Shown here piece after piece: positions 9,177 through 20,620 of a DNA stretch of 22,359 nucleotides. Both the position numbers and the translations under genes were made by a program. This DNA comes from Geosiphon pyriformis uo1. Taxonomy: Eukaryota > Fungi > Glomeromycota. The stretch is from NCBI GenBank assembly GCA_016748015.1, contig JAAOMT010000332.1:1-22359 (forward strand), written 5' to 3'. The first letter of the stretch is position 1, and each line of letters starts with the position of its first letter. The notes under the pieces are model-generated. The model saw nothing but the letters and a program-made list of their open reading frames with translations. It was not told the DNA's origin and did no database searches.

Positions 9177-11032
9177 TAAAAAGTAGGAGGAACAAACAAA
9201 TTCAAGTCAGAACACAAGTGATTTAATCTCTCTAAGACTGACTTAACTGACACTTCTAAAGCCACCATCTTGGATTTCAAACCTCCCACCTTGGTGGTTA
9301 AAATCTTAGAACTGTTAAGCTAATATCAGCAACCATATTAGTAACAATCACAGAAAGGGGAATAAAATGAATCAAAGCATTATTCAAAGTTATATCCAAA
9401 TCTATGTCTACTACCAAGGATGTAGAAGCTATAGGAGGAGAGACAAGAGGCAAAGATGCCAGAGGCACTAATTCAACATTGTTCAGCTTTCTCAAAATAT
9501 CAGAAACTTGGTCTGCCAAAAGCTCTAAAGAGCACTCCAAAGAAAATAAATGGTTATGTAAAGCAGAGTCATCAGGGAGAGCAGAGATCACTGAAGAAAT
9601 CCTAGCACCAGAAAACAAACTATTACCAAAAGACACCAAAGAAACCATGCAAGATGCAAAACTTTCAGAAGAAGAATTGAGTAACATGATCTGCATTTAC
9701 AACTTGCCACCAAAAGTGGCAGAATGGGAGATAGGGACAGTTTTCTTTGCATACAACTTGGCTAGCCAAAGACAATGTTCCACTGAGGTGACTTTTCTAA
9801 CAATTTTTGAAAACTTAGGAGTAAATGCAAGTGGTGCACCACATTTCAAAGCAGAATGACCAAGAAACTCACATCTTTCACAACAAACCAAATCCAGTCT
9901 AGTCCAAGAAAATTTGACACCACCAAATATCAGCTTAGTGCAATAAGCAGATTCTATTACATTCTCAAACTCGAAGCCAACTACAGCATAGCAAATTCTA
10001 TTGCCAGAATCCAATGAACAATTTATGATACAAGTTTTCCCACCAGCTTCTTTCAAAAAAGTGCTCAAATCATGAGCAGTTGTTTCTACAGACAAAGTAA
10101 ATAACAAAGCCCTGAATCAGTCTCTTGATGCCCATGTTTCACAATCTCTTACAGTTATAACCACTCACACAGAATTTTTTTCAATCAAAAAAGACCATTT
10201 AGCAGCCAATTGTACAGCCTGACCTATTTTAGCAAATTCCACCATAGCTTTTTGCCACAATCTAATAAGTTGGATTTTGATCGACTTAATTTTGCCAAAC
10301 TTAGCTAGAGCAGCGACAATCATTTTCTTTGGTGTGTCCATGGAAATTTTTTTGATGACCACAATCCGATTTGAGCAAATTTTTTGTTTTTTGAGATCAC
10401 TGTTAATGATGATTCTCTTCTCTCTGGTCAATGATATAGCTTTAATCAAGCTCTCATCATAAGTAAATGTAGATCAGATGATCCCTTCAAATTTTGAGGA
10501 AGTAGTGACTTCTCCAAAACCATTGACTAAAAAAAAAATTTTCTAATGAACTGAGTCTTTACTGTTACTGATTTCCCTTTCATAGCAGAAAAATTGATAT
10601 CTAAGGCAAAGAATTTTTGATGGGCACTTCAACTTGAGTTTTTACTACTTTAGGATCAATCCATCTTTTTTAAAGAGAAATATTGAGAGAAAAAAGGAAG
10701 TAAATCATGTTCTCATCTATTCCAAAATCAATAGTATCAATAGGAAAGCCACCGACCAAATCAATAATGACTTTCTTAGCTTTGGGAGTTGTTACAGCCA
10801 AATCGAGAAAAAAAGCACCACCTAAACTCAACTCAGTACTACCAAGCTTATTGTTACTGAACTCACTGTTCATATCCGAATATATGTCCTCATTGATATT
10901 AGGTTTGGTTAGAGAAATTTTTTTTTTATCACCAGAGTGTTTGATATTGCTAACAGAAATTTTTTTCTTCTGAGAAAAAGTTTCACCAACAGGACCATGA
11001 AAAGCACCTTTAGATGTCTTTTTCTTAAACAT
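9173..11032 (-). pseudogene. LINE ORF1 (gag-like nucleic-acid-binding protein), fragmented
   Basis: Consecutive minus-strand ORF pieces from MFKKKTSKGAFHGP (ATG at 11032). RRM-like segments (ALAKFGKIKSIKIQ...AMVEF), CERCEFLGHSALKC at 9882-9841 and coiled-coil-like C-terminus ending VPPTF-stop. Confidence 0.8.
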
Positions 11033-12416
11033 ATTGCTACTCAAAGCAGTCTCCAGATCTACCACAAATAGGTTATTAGCTTGAGAAATAGTAAAAGTAA
11101 TAAAACAAGCAGGATAAAAACAAAAAAACTTCTTTTTCAAAATTTGCTTTTTGGGAAATTAGGACAAAGAAGAGAAAAAAGTTTTTTAAATATGCTTTTT
11201 GTTGCAGTTTTTACACTTAAGTAAAATATAAAATAGTTGTTTCTGTAATTCTAATTTATAATACCAAACTTTATTTCAACTACTAATTTTTTTAAAAATT
11301 TTTTGTTTTGTTTTTTTAGTCCAATTAGATATTAATTCAAAAGTTATATAGGTTTTAGTAATTGGTATTTCTTTTTTTTTAAATTCGAACATAGAGGCTT
11401 TTTCTGATAATTTGTTAAAAGTACTACATATAACAAGTACTCTAATATATTGTTTTTGATATAAAATTTTAAGTTTTTGGGTTTTTTAATCTAAGTTTGT
11501 ATTGGTCTTGAAAAGCCAATTATTTTTAATAAATGTTTAATATTGAGATGTATTCATAATTAAAACTTTTATTAAAATGATAATTCCATTAATTGTGAAA
11601 AAAAAGTTATTAATTTTTTTTACTGCAATCTTCTTTATATTATTGGCTATTACAATTACTGTTTGGACTAATCTGTCCATATTTTAATTTAGTTGTTGTA
11701 TTAGTTAGTAGATAATAATACTTTTGGCAGATTTACTGTTTAAAATTAACCAAATTTGCTTTTCTTTAACTTTAGCTTTAATATTATTACTTATAAAAAT
11801 TAGGAGTATTGTATAGTTAAAAAATTTGCCAATCAAAAATAGACATAATAACAGAGAAATTTCAAGATTATTCTGAAGAAATTGCAGGATTCCAGAATTT
11901 TAGAATTCTAGAATTTTTCATAAAAATTACAGATTTTTCTGAAGAAATCACAAGATTCCAGAAATTTTATATAACACCAATTATGTATATATAGCAATAG
12001 TAAAAAAAAAAAAAAAAGACAGAATTCAGTTCAGTTTTAATTTAGCATTTTTTTTTATCTATTAATTAATCTTTACTTCACATATAGTTACTGTTAACCA
12101 AAATGAATTTATTAACCATATCAAATAAAACATACTTATTATCATTTAATCTATATTATTATTATTTAATTGAAAATTTTCATCACTTTTCTATTATTAA
12201 TACTTTATGTTAATAACATTCAACACTTAAACATGCTAAAACAATAGCTTTTGATCATGGCTATTAACAGGATATTAATTTTTTCTTTTCTTTTATTTAT
12301 TTATTCATTTTTATTTTGTTGTTTTGTTGCTTTACTAACTAATTAAAGAATTAATGCATAAAGTACTAACATCAAAAATAGCATTGATAAAAAACCCAAA
12401 AATAAGAGTAGATATT

Positions 12417-14193
12417 CGAAATTTGAAACAACAAATCTTATTCTTAAAGCTATACAAAAACAAATTTACAATAAATTTAAGACAACAATTGGATTAATAA
12501 ACACTTATTACAAACCTAAAGCAGTTTTTAAATTTTATAATCTATTTAATATTTTGTAAAAATGTTCTACAAAATTTAATATTTCAATCAATAAAGATTC
12601 AATATATTAACAAACTTACAAAACTAAAATTTTAACAATTTTCAGACCAAATTACTTGAATTATTTTGGACTATTATTTCAATATTACAGATAGTACTTG
12701 GACTTTAATAGAGCTCAGTTTTGAGAAAAAAATTATGTTATTAGTAGAATTTTAATCATTAAATTAACATAAAATTNNNNNNNNNNNNNNNNNNNNAAAA
12801 TGTATCTTTAATTTATCGAAATTATAGCAAAAAGAAAAATACAAGTTTATAGATTAGTATTACAACAAGTTGTATAAAAGAAAAACTTTTCTTTTTAAGA
12901 AAATGTATCTTATTTATAATAATCTTATCATAGATATCTTACTTGAGAATTATTTTTCTTAAAACAAGTCTCTTAGTACAAATCAAATAAAAACCAAATA
13001 CTTAAAAAATGCAAAAATTTATTAGTTAATATTTGAAATTCTAACTAATGTTTTAAAATTAATTAATAACTTTAGGTTTAAATAGAAAACAATTCCTTTA
13101 ACAAGATTTTATTTTTTTTATACTTCTATTATTTTTTTTTATTTTTTTTAATATAATTATTAAAATAGTTTANNNNNNNNNNNNNNNNNNNNTATTAACA
13201 AACTTACAAAACTAAAATTTTAACAATTTTCAGACCAAATTACTTGAATTATTTTGGACTATTATTTCAATATTACAGATAGTACTTGGACTTTAATAGA
13301 GCTTAGTTTTGAGAAAAAAATTATGTTATTAGTAGAAATTTTAATCATTAAATTAACATAAAATTACTCTTATAATTCTTATCATTAATTAATATATATT
13401 ATTATTGTTAAATTATTACTTATTATTTAATCAAATTATTAAATATTACTATAATTTAATTTGTATAATAAAAATAAAATGATCAAATTACACAATATTT
13501 TGAATTATGTAACATTTAAAAATTTGCCAAAATTTGCAGAAATTTACCAAAATAATAAATAGTTTACTTTTTAGTTAATAGTTTGCAGAAATAACTTGTA
13601 NNNNNNNNNNNNNNNNNNNNAAAAGAAAAACTTTTCTTTTTAAGAAAATGTATCTTATTTATAATAATCTTATCATAGATATCTTACTTGAGAATTATTT
13701 TTCTTAGAACAAGTCTCTTAGTACAAATCAAATAAAAACCAAATACTTAAAAAATGCAAAAATTTATTAGTTAATATTTGAAATTCTAACTAATGTTTTA
13801 AAATTAATTAATAACTTTAGGTTTAAATAGAAAACAATTTCTTTAACAAAATTTTATTTCTTTTATACTTCTATTATTTTTTTTATTTTTTTTATATAAT
13901 TATTAAAATAGTTTACAAACAAAATTCTTGTAAAAAAGTTAATTTTTATAGCAAAGTAATTACACATTTTTAATAAGCTTTCAGATAAGTAATTTCTAAA
14001 AAAAAGTTGATTTTTATTATAAAGTAATTGGCATAAAATCAGCTATTCTACTTATAAATCCAGTATTTTAAATTATAGAAGATAATTTAAAAATAAATTC
14101 AGTTATCAGAGATTTAACAGTTTTCAAAAATGTGAATTTATAATAAACAGACATTAACAACATTTAAAAAAAAGACCAAAAACCTTAGTAACA
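12417..14193 (+). mobile_element. Heavily AT-mutated relic of the element A family 3' end (extra-ORF tail, PPT, LTR), partly duplicated around gaps
   Basis: 12421 onward aligns by eye with 7449 onward (TTGAAACAACAAATCT...GCTATACAAAAACAAATTTA). LTR starts TGTTA at 12736 and again at 13324, and ends AGACCAAAAACCTTAGTAACA at 14193. Confidence 0.9.
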
Positions 14194-14513
14194 ATATTTC
14201 TAAAAATATGTTATAATTTTCTAAAAATATGTTTACTTGTTAAGTACTATTTTCTTATTAGTCTATTTTTATGATTTGTTTTTCTTATCTCTTTTTTTGT
14301 ATTTTTTTTCTATAAATAACAATAATAATAAAAATTTCGCCTAATGGCTTTTATGATCAATCTGGTTTTTTGTTAACTAGAATAACTTATTTGCTTGGTA
14401 TTGTTAAGTTTTTTGTAGTTAGTTTTGGTCTGTATAAAATGTGTTTGTTTTTTTTAAGCATAACAATAGTACAGAAATTTATATAAAAATGTANNNNNNN
14501 NNNNNNNNNNNNN
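12777..14513. other. Four 20-N scaffold gaps (12777-12796, 13173-13192, 13601-13620, 14494-14513)
   Basis: N runs of identical length, probably placeholder gap size. Confidence 0.97.
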
Positions 14514-15015
14514 CTCTTAGCTGTAGAAAAGCATGAAAAAATTAAAGAAATAAAAGAAATAAAATAACAATTTCATCTCAATTTTTCTCTTATTGCTAAT
14601 TTTTCTTTTCCTATTTTCAAGTATCTAAACATCTTAAAGATAAAAAATTATTTGTTGGTTATTCCTTACCCTTTTTCTAAAATGTGTAATTGCAGCATTT
14701 GAAGATTATTGAATAAAACGTTACTAAAAAGCACATCTGATACTTGATATTGAATTTTAAGAGTGCTAACGTGAGGCATAAAATTATACCAAGTGTAATC
14801 ATTTGTTGACAGTATGGACTATCTTTCTATCTTCAGATTTCTTAGTTACCTTTGAAAAATATAGCAACTGAGATATTTTATGAGACTAATCTTGCATATT
14901 GAATCTATACTCATTCAATTCGCTCTTTGAAGTTGAATTTCCTTTGATTATTTCCATCACCCTACAATTCTGTTCTCCCTTGCTATCCATTAGCTTGTTA
15001 CTCCAACTCGTAACA
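14514..15015 (+). repeat. 5' LTR of element B (first ~226 bp not visible, presumably in the gap)
   Basis: Aligns without indels to 21473-21974 (offset 6959) and ends GTAACA. Confidence 0.95.
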
Positions 15016-15021
15016 TAAAAG

Positions 15022-15038
15022 TGGTGCTCCCTATAAGG
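15022..15038 (+). other. Primer binding site of element B
   Basis: TGGTGCTCCCTATAAGG, 6 nt after the LTR. TGG is complementary to tRNA CCA. The sequence resembles the complement of a tRNA-Ile(UAU) or tRNA-Thr 3' end, identity not confirmed. Confidence 0.7.
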
Positions 15039-15067
15039 TTATCAAAATTCACTTTGTTTCCTATTGT

Positions 15068-16520
15068 ATGGGGGATTATTTATATCTGCCACAACAATTA
15101 GAAGAACACTTTGAAGCACACAACAAAAACAATCTAGACTTTATTAAACTCAATCTTTTGCCCTCCTGCTTGATTTGCTTCCCCATTGAAAAACAATCCA
15201 GCAGACAATTCTAAGACTTTTGGAACTGGTTCCTGAATGAGCATTCAGCTGAAACCTACACAGCTTATACAACCTATTACTTTGACCAAGCTTATTTTGA
15301 AGACAACTGTAAAGAAAGAAACAACAGCATTAATCAACTTTTATACTCAACAATCTTTGAACAACAGCCTTCTGATTTTGAATATTTGAATCATCAAATC
15401 CACATTTAGATTGCTGCTCATCAATCAACAGAAACTCCTCTTGAAACAGAAGAAGAAAGCTATTAAACCACTCCTGTTTTTGATCTCTTTTCAAGTAAAT
15501 CAGAACACTCCACACAAACAGTTACACCTGAACCAATGGCTCAAAACCCTCTACAACAAAACATTCTGATCGCCTTTCAAGGTATACAGACTGCTTTAGG
15601 GCAAAAAAACAACACCCTATTATCATTATTCAGAGGTGATGCCCAAGATCCAATCGAATGACTGGATGATTTTGAGAGAGCTGCCACAGCAAACCAATAT
15701 AATAATGAATACAAGTTTCAAATCGTTGGTGGCTACCTTCAAGGCTCTCCTGCTACTTGGTTCTTACAAAAAACCAATCTTAATCTCAAATTGGCATATG
15801 GAATTAGAAAGAAGAACTCAAGGCCCTGGTGAGGTTGTAACAAAATATGCCAAAGCAATAAAAAAACTTATTAAATGGGTAGACTCTAGAAGAAATTGAA
15901 CAGAAGAGCAGAAAATACATTCCTTTACAAAAGAACTGAGAACTGATCTATTATATGCTCTTTGGCCCCTCCTGGTCTTGAAAGATAATCTCACAATGGA
16001 TATGGTCATTGAACTTGCTCAGAAAATAAAAAACAATCAAAGGATGCATCTAGGATCCACACTTCCAGTTTTTGCTTCTGCTTTTGTTATGGCTTCTGCT
16101 CCCCAAATGGCTGCTACCTTTTTTGCTGTCCAAACTCAAGACCCAAATAAACAGTTAATAGATAGACTTACAGCTAATCTTGTCTGGCTATTAAAACCAT
16201 TGGTCCAAGCAGTCAGAGACAACCAGCAACCCCAAAGACCTAGATTTGAATCCTGCTTCAATCAGCCCCAGCAACCACCATATTAAAAACAACAAAATTG
16301 TGGCCCACCTATGTACTATTACTGTGGACTAACTGGACACTTTTTCAAAGACTGTAACAATCCTCCATTGCCTCCTCCAGCTCCCAAAAATAATAACACC
16401 CAGAATAACAGATCCAACAATAATAATGTTCTCAATCAAAAACCCAATTATCCCAACATCAATTTCTTTGGAGAGGATCCCTTAGTTGAAGCTACTGTTT
16501 ATCAGCCTTTAAACTGGTAG
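15068..16520 (+). pseudogene. gag: gag of element B (N-terminal extension, capsid, zinc knuckle)
   Basis: FRGDAQDPIE*LDDFERAATAN, GYLQGSPATWF, frame break near 15780, RTQGPGEVVTKYA, decayed knuckle YYYCGLTGHFFKDC (16314-16355), stop TAG at 16518-16520. Confidence 0.88.
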
Positions 16521-16557
16521 GCACATCTTCAAAGGGTAAGAGTACAAGCCAACCAGA
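16508..16557 (+). promoter_or_regulatory. Candidate -1 programmed ribosomal frameshift site (T TTA AAC plus downstream hairpin)
   Basis: Heptamer at 16508-16514 is phased X XXY YYZ in the gag frame, one codon (TGG) before the gag stop. The -1 frame is open through the protease. Confidence 0.75.
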
Positions 16558-19198
16558 AAAAAATTTCTTTTATGCTTTTAACCTAACTAATAATGATTAT
16601 AACATGGATGAATTAGCAATTAACACTTCTGAATCAACCAGAAAAAAAAAGAAAGCCAAAGTTGATTTTGTTCTAGATCCAAAAAAAGCCTCCACATCAA
16701 CTGTTGATAACAATGAGCTGCTAAAGGCTAAAGTTTTTAAAAATTCCCCAAAGTTGGAACTTCTAGAAATAGTACAAAAATCTGGCCCCTATTCTGTTGT
16801 TAAAGATCTCATGAAAACCCTTGCACACATTACATTTGGCCAATTGATGACCCATCTACAGTTCAGAAAAAATCTTTACAAATCATTGATACCAAAGAAA
16901 AAAACACCAAAGACCAACAAATGCCCTTACCAAGTTGGATTTGCTAATAACAGCAATGTCACTCCTCTGATTTGTAAAGCCCAAGTGGCTGGTTACTTCA
17001 TTGATCTGATCCTAGACAGTAGATTATCTGTTAGTGTAATTGCCAAACATTTTCTTGAAGCAATTGGCAAAAAAATTGATGAGCCTTCCACAAGACCAAT
17101 GACCAATATATATGGTGACAAGAAGAAAGGTCTGGACATAACCAAAGCTATTTCTGTCCACATTAATGGTATCAGTATTGAAACTAATATAAAAGTGTCT
17201 AAAGCAAAAGAGTACACCATCATTGTTAGTAATGAATGGCTTAAGAAAACCAAAGCACTACTTGACTATGAACTTTGTGAGCTAACTATCAGATGTGGTG
17301 AGAAACCCATTGTAGTTAAATGCCAACATTAAACAACTCTTCCAGTAACCCAACAGAACAAAGAAAAAAAACAATCAGATGAATCAGATAATAATGAAAG
17401 CAATAATAATAAAGATCAAAAAAAACAAGAAGAAACTGCTGAACTTGTCTACACTATCTTCACTAGCAATGGCAAGCCACTGGACAATGTTAAAGTTGAC
17501 AAAGAAGGAATCATGGTGAATGGCAAAATGATTTGCTGGCCCTACTATGATATTTTCAGAAGAATCTTTGACAGAAAACCTAGTAAAAAAGCCAAATACA
17601 GTTATTAGTAGCATGGCCCTTGTGCACAATGCTAGTGTAATAAATCTTTGTATTCACCAAGTGATGAATGCAAATTCTGTCTGATCTATTACAAAAATTG
17701 GGAACCAATTAGTTTGATACCTCGAGAAGAACTCAAAGAAGTACAAAAGTCTTTTGAGAATAAACCATCTGAAATCCAATCATTGGTTTTAGAACAAAGA
17801 AAACCTTCCCCTAAAGAAAAAAAAGTGGACATTAAAAATCTGTTGGCTAGAAATAGCCCAGTTATCTCAAAAGAAGGTGACATCCCTGAACAAACTTATG
17901 TGATACAACACACCATCACCACTAAAAAAACTCACCCTATTTATTTGAAGCTTTATCAATCCAATTGACACAATGATGAGTTTATTAAGAAAGAGATAAA
18001 CTGGATAAAAGATCTTGGATTCATACAAAAAACCAAAAATAAATGGGCTTTTTCAGTTGTAGTAGTATCCAAGAGAGGTGGAACTTTATGCTTCTGTGTT
18101 GACTACTGCCAATTAAATGCCATCACTATAAGAGACATATACCCATTTCTCAAGATTAATGCAATGCTAGATAAATTTAATGGTGCTGTATTTTTCTCAA
18201 CCATTAACTTAACTGCTGAATTCTGGCAAGTAGAGATGGATTCAGAAAGCAGAAAAAAAACTGCCTTTATCACCAAGTATGGCATCTATGAATTCACAAT
18301 CATGCTTTTTGGTTTCACCAATGCTCCTCTTATCTTTTAATGCTTAATGAATAAAGTGTTTGAATCAGTAAAAAAAAACTTTGTTCTGGTTTACTTGGAC
18401 GACATAATGGTATATTCAAAAACCTGGGATAAACACCTTAAACATTTACAGAAGGGTTTTAACCTCCTTAGAAATGCTGGCCTTAAGATCAACCCAATCA
18501 AATCTTTTTTTGAACACCAATCCACCCAATTTCTTGGTCATCTTGTTACAAAAGATGGAATCTTTCCTGACCCAGCTAAAGTTGAAAAAGTTCAGAACAT
18601 TAGACAACCAATAAATGTTTCTGAACTATGTTCTTTCCTTGGTTTGGTCTCTTATTATCGCAAATTCATCAAGGATTTCTTCAAAATTGTCTTTTCTTAC
18701 AATTAGCTACTTAGAAAAAATGTCAATTATCACTGGAATACTCATCAACAAAAAACTTTTGAATTTCTGAAGGAAAAACTTGTTACTAAACCAATTCTCA
18801 AACAACCTAATCTGAATCAACTTTTTATCCTTCACACTGATGCATCTGGCTATAGACTTGGTGATGTTTTTTCACAAAAAGATGAAAATGGCAGAGAACA
18901 TGTCATAGCATATGCCAATAGATCTCTCACACCAGCTGAAAAGAACTATTCAGTTACTGAACAAGAATGTTCAGCAATAGTTTGGGCTACTAATTACTAG
19001 GACTAATATTTTCTTGGTGCAAAATTCTTAGTAGTAACAGATCATCAAGCCTTGGTTTGGCTGTACAAGAAAAAGAAGCTGGAACACAAACAAATAACTT
19101 ACTAGATACTCCACTTGGATGAATTCGACTATGATATTCAACACCACAAAGGAGCAAATCATCAAAATGCTAATGTTCTCTCTAGACTTACTATCTAG
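16514..19198 (+). pseudogene. pol: pol of element B: protease, spacer with Cys cluster, RT, RNase H (no dUTPase)
   Basis: Frame 2: LILDSRLSVSVI, IIVSNEWL, FCVDYCQLN, VYLDDIMVYS (18392-18403), LHTDASG, YSVTEQEC, VVTDHQAL, NANVLSR, stop at 19196-19198. Confidence 0.95.
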
Positions 19199-19265
19199 TG
19201 ACAGTACAACCTTTTAAACCAAACCAACTTAATTATTAGTAACTTCTTCACAAACAAACACAATA

Positions 19266-20579
19266 ATAGACTTGAACAACTACTCTGCTTTAATGAAATT
19301 TTTGGGTAAAAGACAATACCCACCAGAATACACTTAACAGTAAAGAGAACATTTGTGCAAACAATCAAATTTCTATTTGATCCGCTAGAACCAATTATAC
19401 AAAAAAAACAGAAAAAATCTTGACTGCCCCCAGAGAGTTATCAAATTTGAAGAAAAAGAAATTGTAATATACAACATGTATACTGACCCATTAGCTAGAC
19501 ACTTTGGAAAAACAAAAACAATTCAGAAAACTTTAGCTTGTTATTATTGGCCTACTTTGAAAAAAGACATTGCTGAATACATTAAAACCTGTGACATCTG
19601 CCAAAAAAAAGGCAAACCTAATCACAAAGAAGATATCCATTCAATCTTTGTTGGTCAACCATTTAACAGAATTGGTATAGATATTGTTGGACCTTTAACA
19701 ATCACTCCTGATGGCAACAGATATATTATCATAGCTACTGACTATCTTACAAAGTAGATAGAAGCAAGAGCCACACCAAACCAAACAGCAGTCTCAATAG
19801 CTAATTTTATTTATGAAGATATTATCTGCCATCATGACTGTCCCAAAAAACTTTTATCTAATAGAGGAAGAGCTTTTTTCAGTACACTGGTTGAAGAACT
19901 TTGTAGAAAAATAAGAATATGTCATAAACTTTCCTCCTCTTATCATCTTTAAACAAATAGCCTAGTGAAACGTTTCAATAGAACACTATGTGAAACCCTA
20001 GCCAAAACCAGTAAAGAAACAAACTTATGAGACAAAGTACTGCCTTTAGCTTTGTTTGCTTATAAAACTGTAAATCATAACATAACAAGTTATGAACCTT
20101 TTTATCTGCTCTATGAATGCATGGCAATGCTACTAATAGAAACTAATATTGAAACAATATCTTTTGAAGAAATCACAATAGAGAATTACAAAAACATTTT
20201 GCAAAGAAGACTTGGTACCATTCTTGACTTCTTGGTAGAAACATGAATAATTGCTTTTAAAAAGATAAAACAGTTTTAAAAAAAGCTTAAAAAAAAGAAA
20301 ACCTATAAAACACTTTCTTTAAGTGTTGATAACTTAGTACTAGAATACCATTCAAATAGAAACAATATTTATGGTGATAAATTTTCTAGCCAGTAGAAAG
20401 AACTTTTTATAGTCAACAAAGTTTTGAACAATAATTCTTATATTCTTCAAGATCAATTCAAAACAATCTTTAATAATTATTCTGTTCATGGTACACAATT
20501 CAAGAAATATCATAAACGACCTGATTGGCTACCTGTTGTGGTAATATCAACTCAAATGATCAGCAAAAATCAAGTATAA
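19266..20579 (+). pseudogene. Integrase of element B, in its own reading frame
   Basis: Frame 3 from ATA-GAC (probable decayed ATG): RHFG...CDIC, IGIDIVGPL, TDYLTK*, SNRGRAF, VKRFNRTL, ending WLPVVVI...stop at 20577-20579. Confidence 0.92.
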
Positions 20580-20620
20580 ATAAATGTACCATTCCTAAAA
20601 CAGAGGTATTTTCAATCAAT

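Larger units (their letters stand above)
8731..11200 (-). mobile_element. LINE (APE-type non-LTR retrotransposon), 5' half only, interrupted by element A
   Basis: Decayed ORF1 with CCHC knuckle followed by ORF2 endonuclease, which stops at the LTR boundary. The 5' end coordinate is approximate. Confidence 0.88.

Noticed and set aside
8947-10973. Plus-strand ORFs 8947-9186, 9404-9859, 10277-10462, 10634-10825 and 10707-10973
   Set aside because: They are antisense shadows of the LINE ORFs with no recognisable motifs.
8731-11200. LINE as a telomere-maintaining or telomere-targeting element (HeT-A/TART, SART/TRAS style)
   Set aside because: It is not inserted in telomeric repeats, is decayed and single here, and its proximity to the end is explained by terminal truncation.
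12606-13912. Apparent tandem duplication (12606-12776 vs 13193-13365; ~12877-13172 vs 13621-13912)
   Set aside because: The duplicated blocks are bounded by 20-N gaps and are near-identical, so unmerged overlapping contigs are the simplest explanation. A few mismatches mean a real duplication cannot be fully excluded without reads.
14194-14198. ATATT after the relic LTR matching ATATT after the 3' LTR of B (21975-21979) as a target-site duplication
   Set aside because: About 300 bp and a gap separate it from B's 5' LTR, whose true start is not visible. The match is likely chance in AT-rich DNA.
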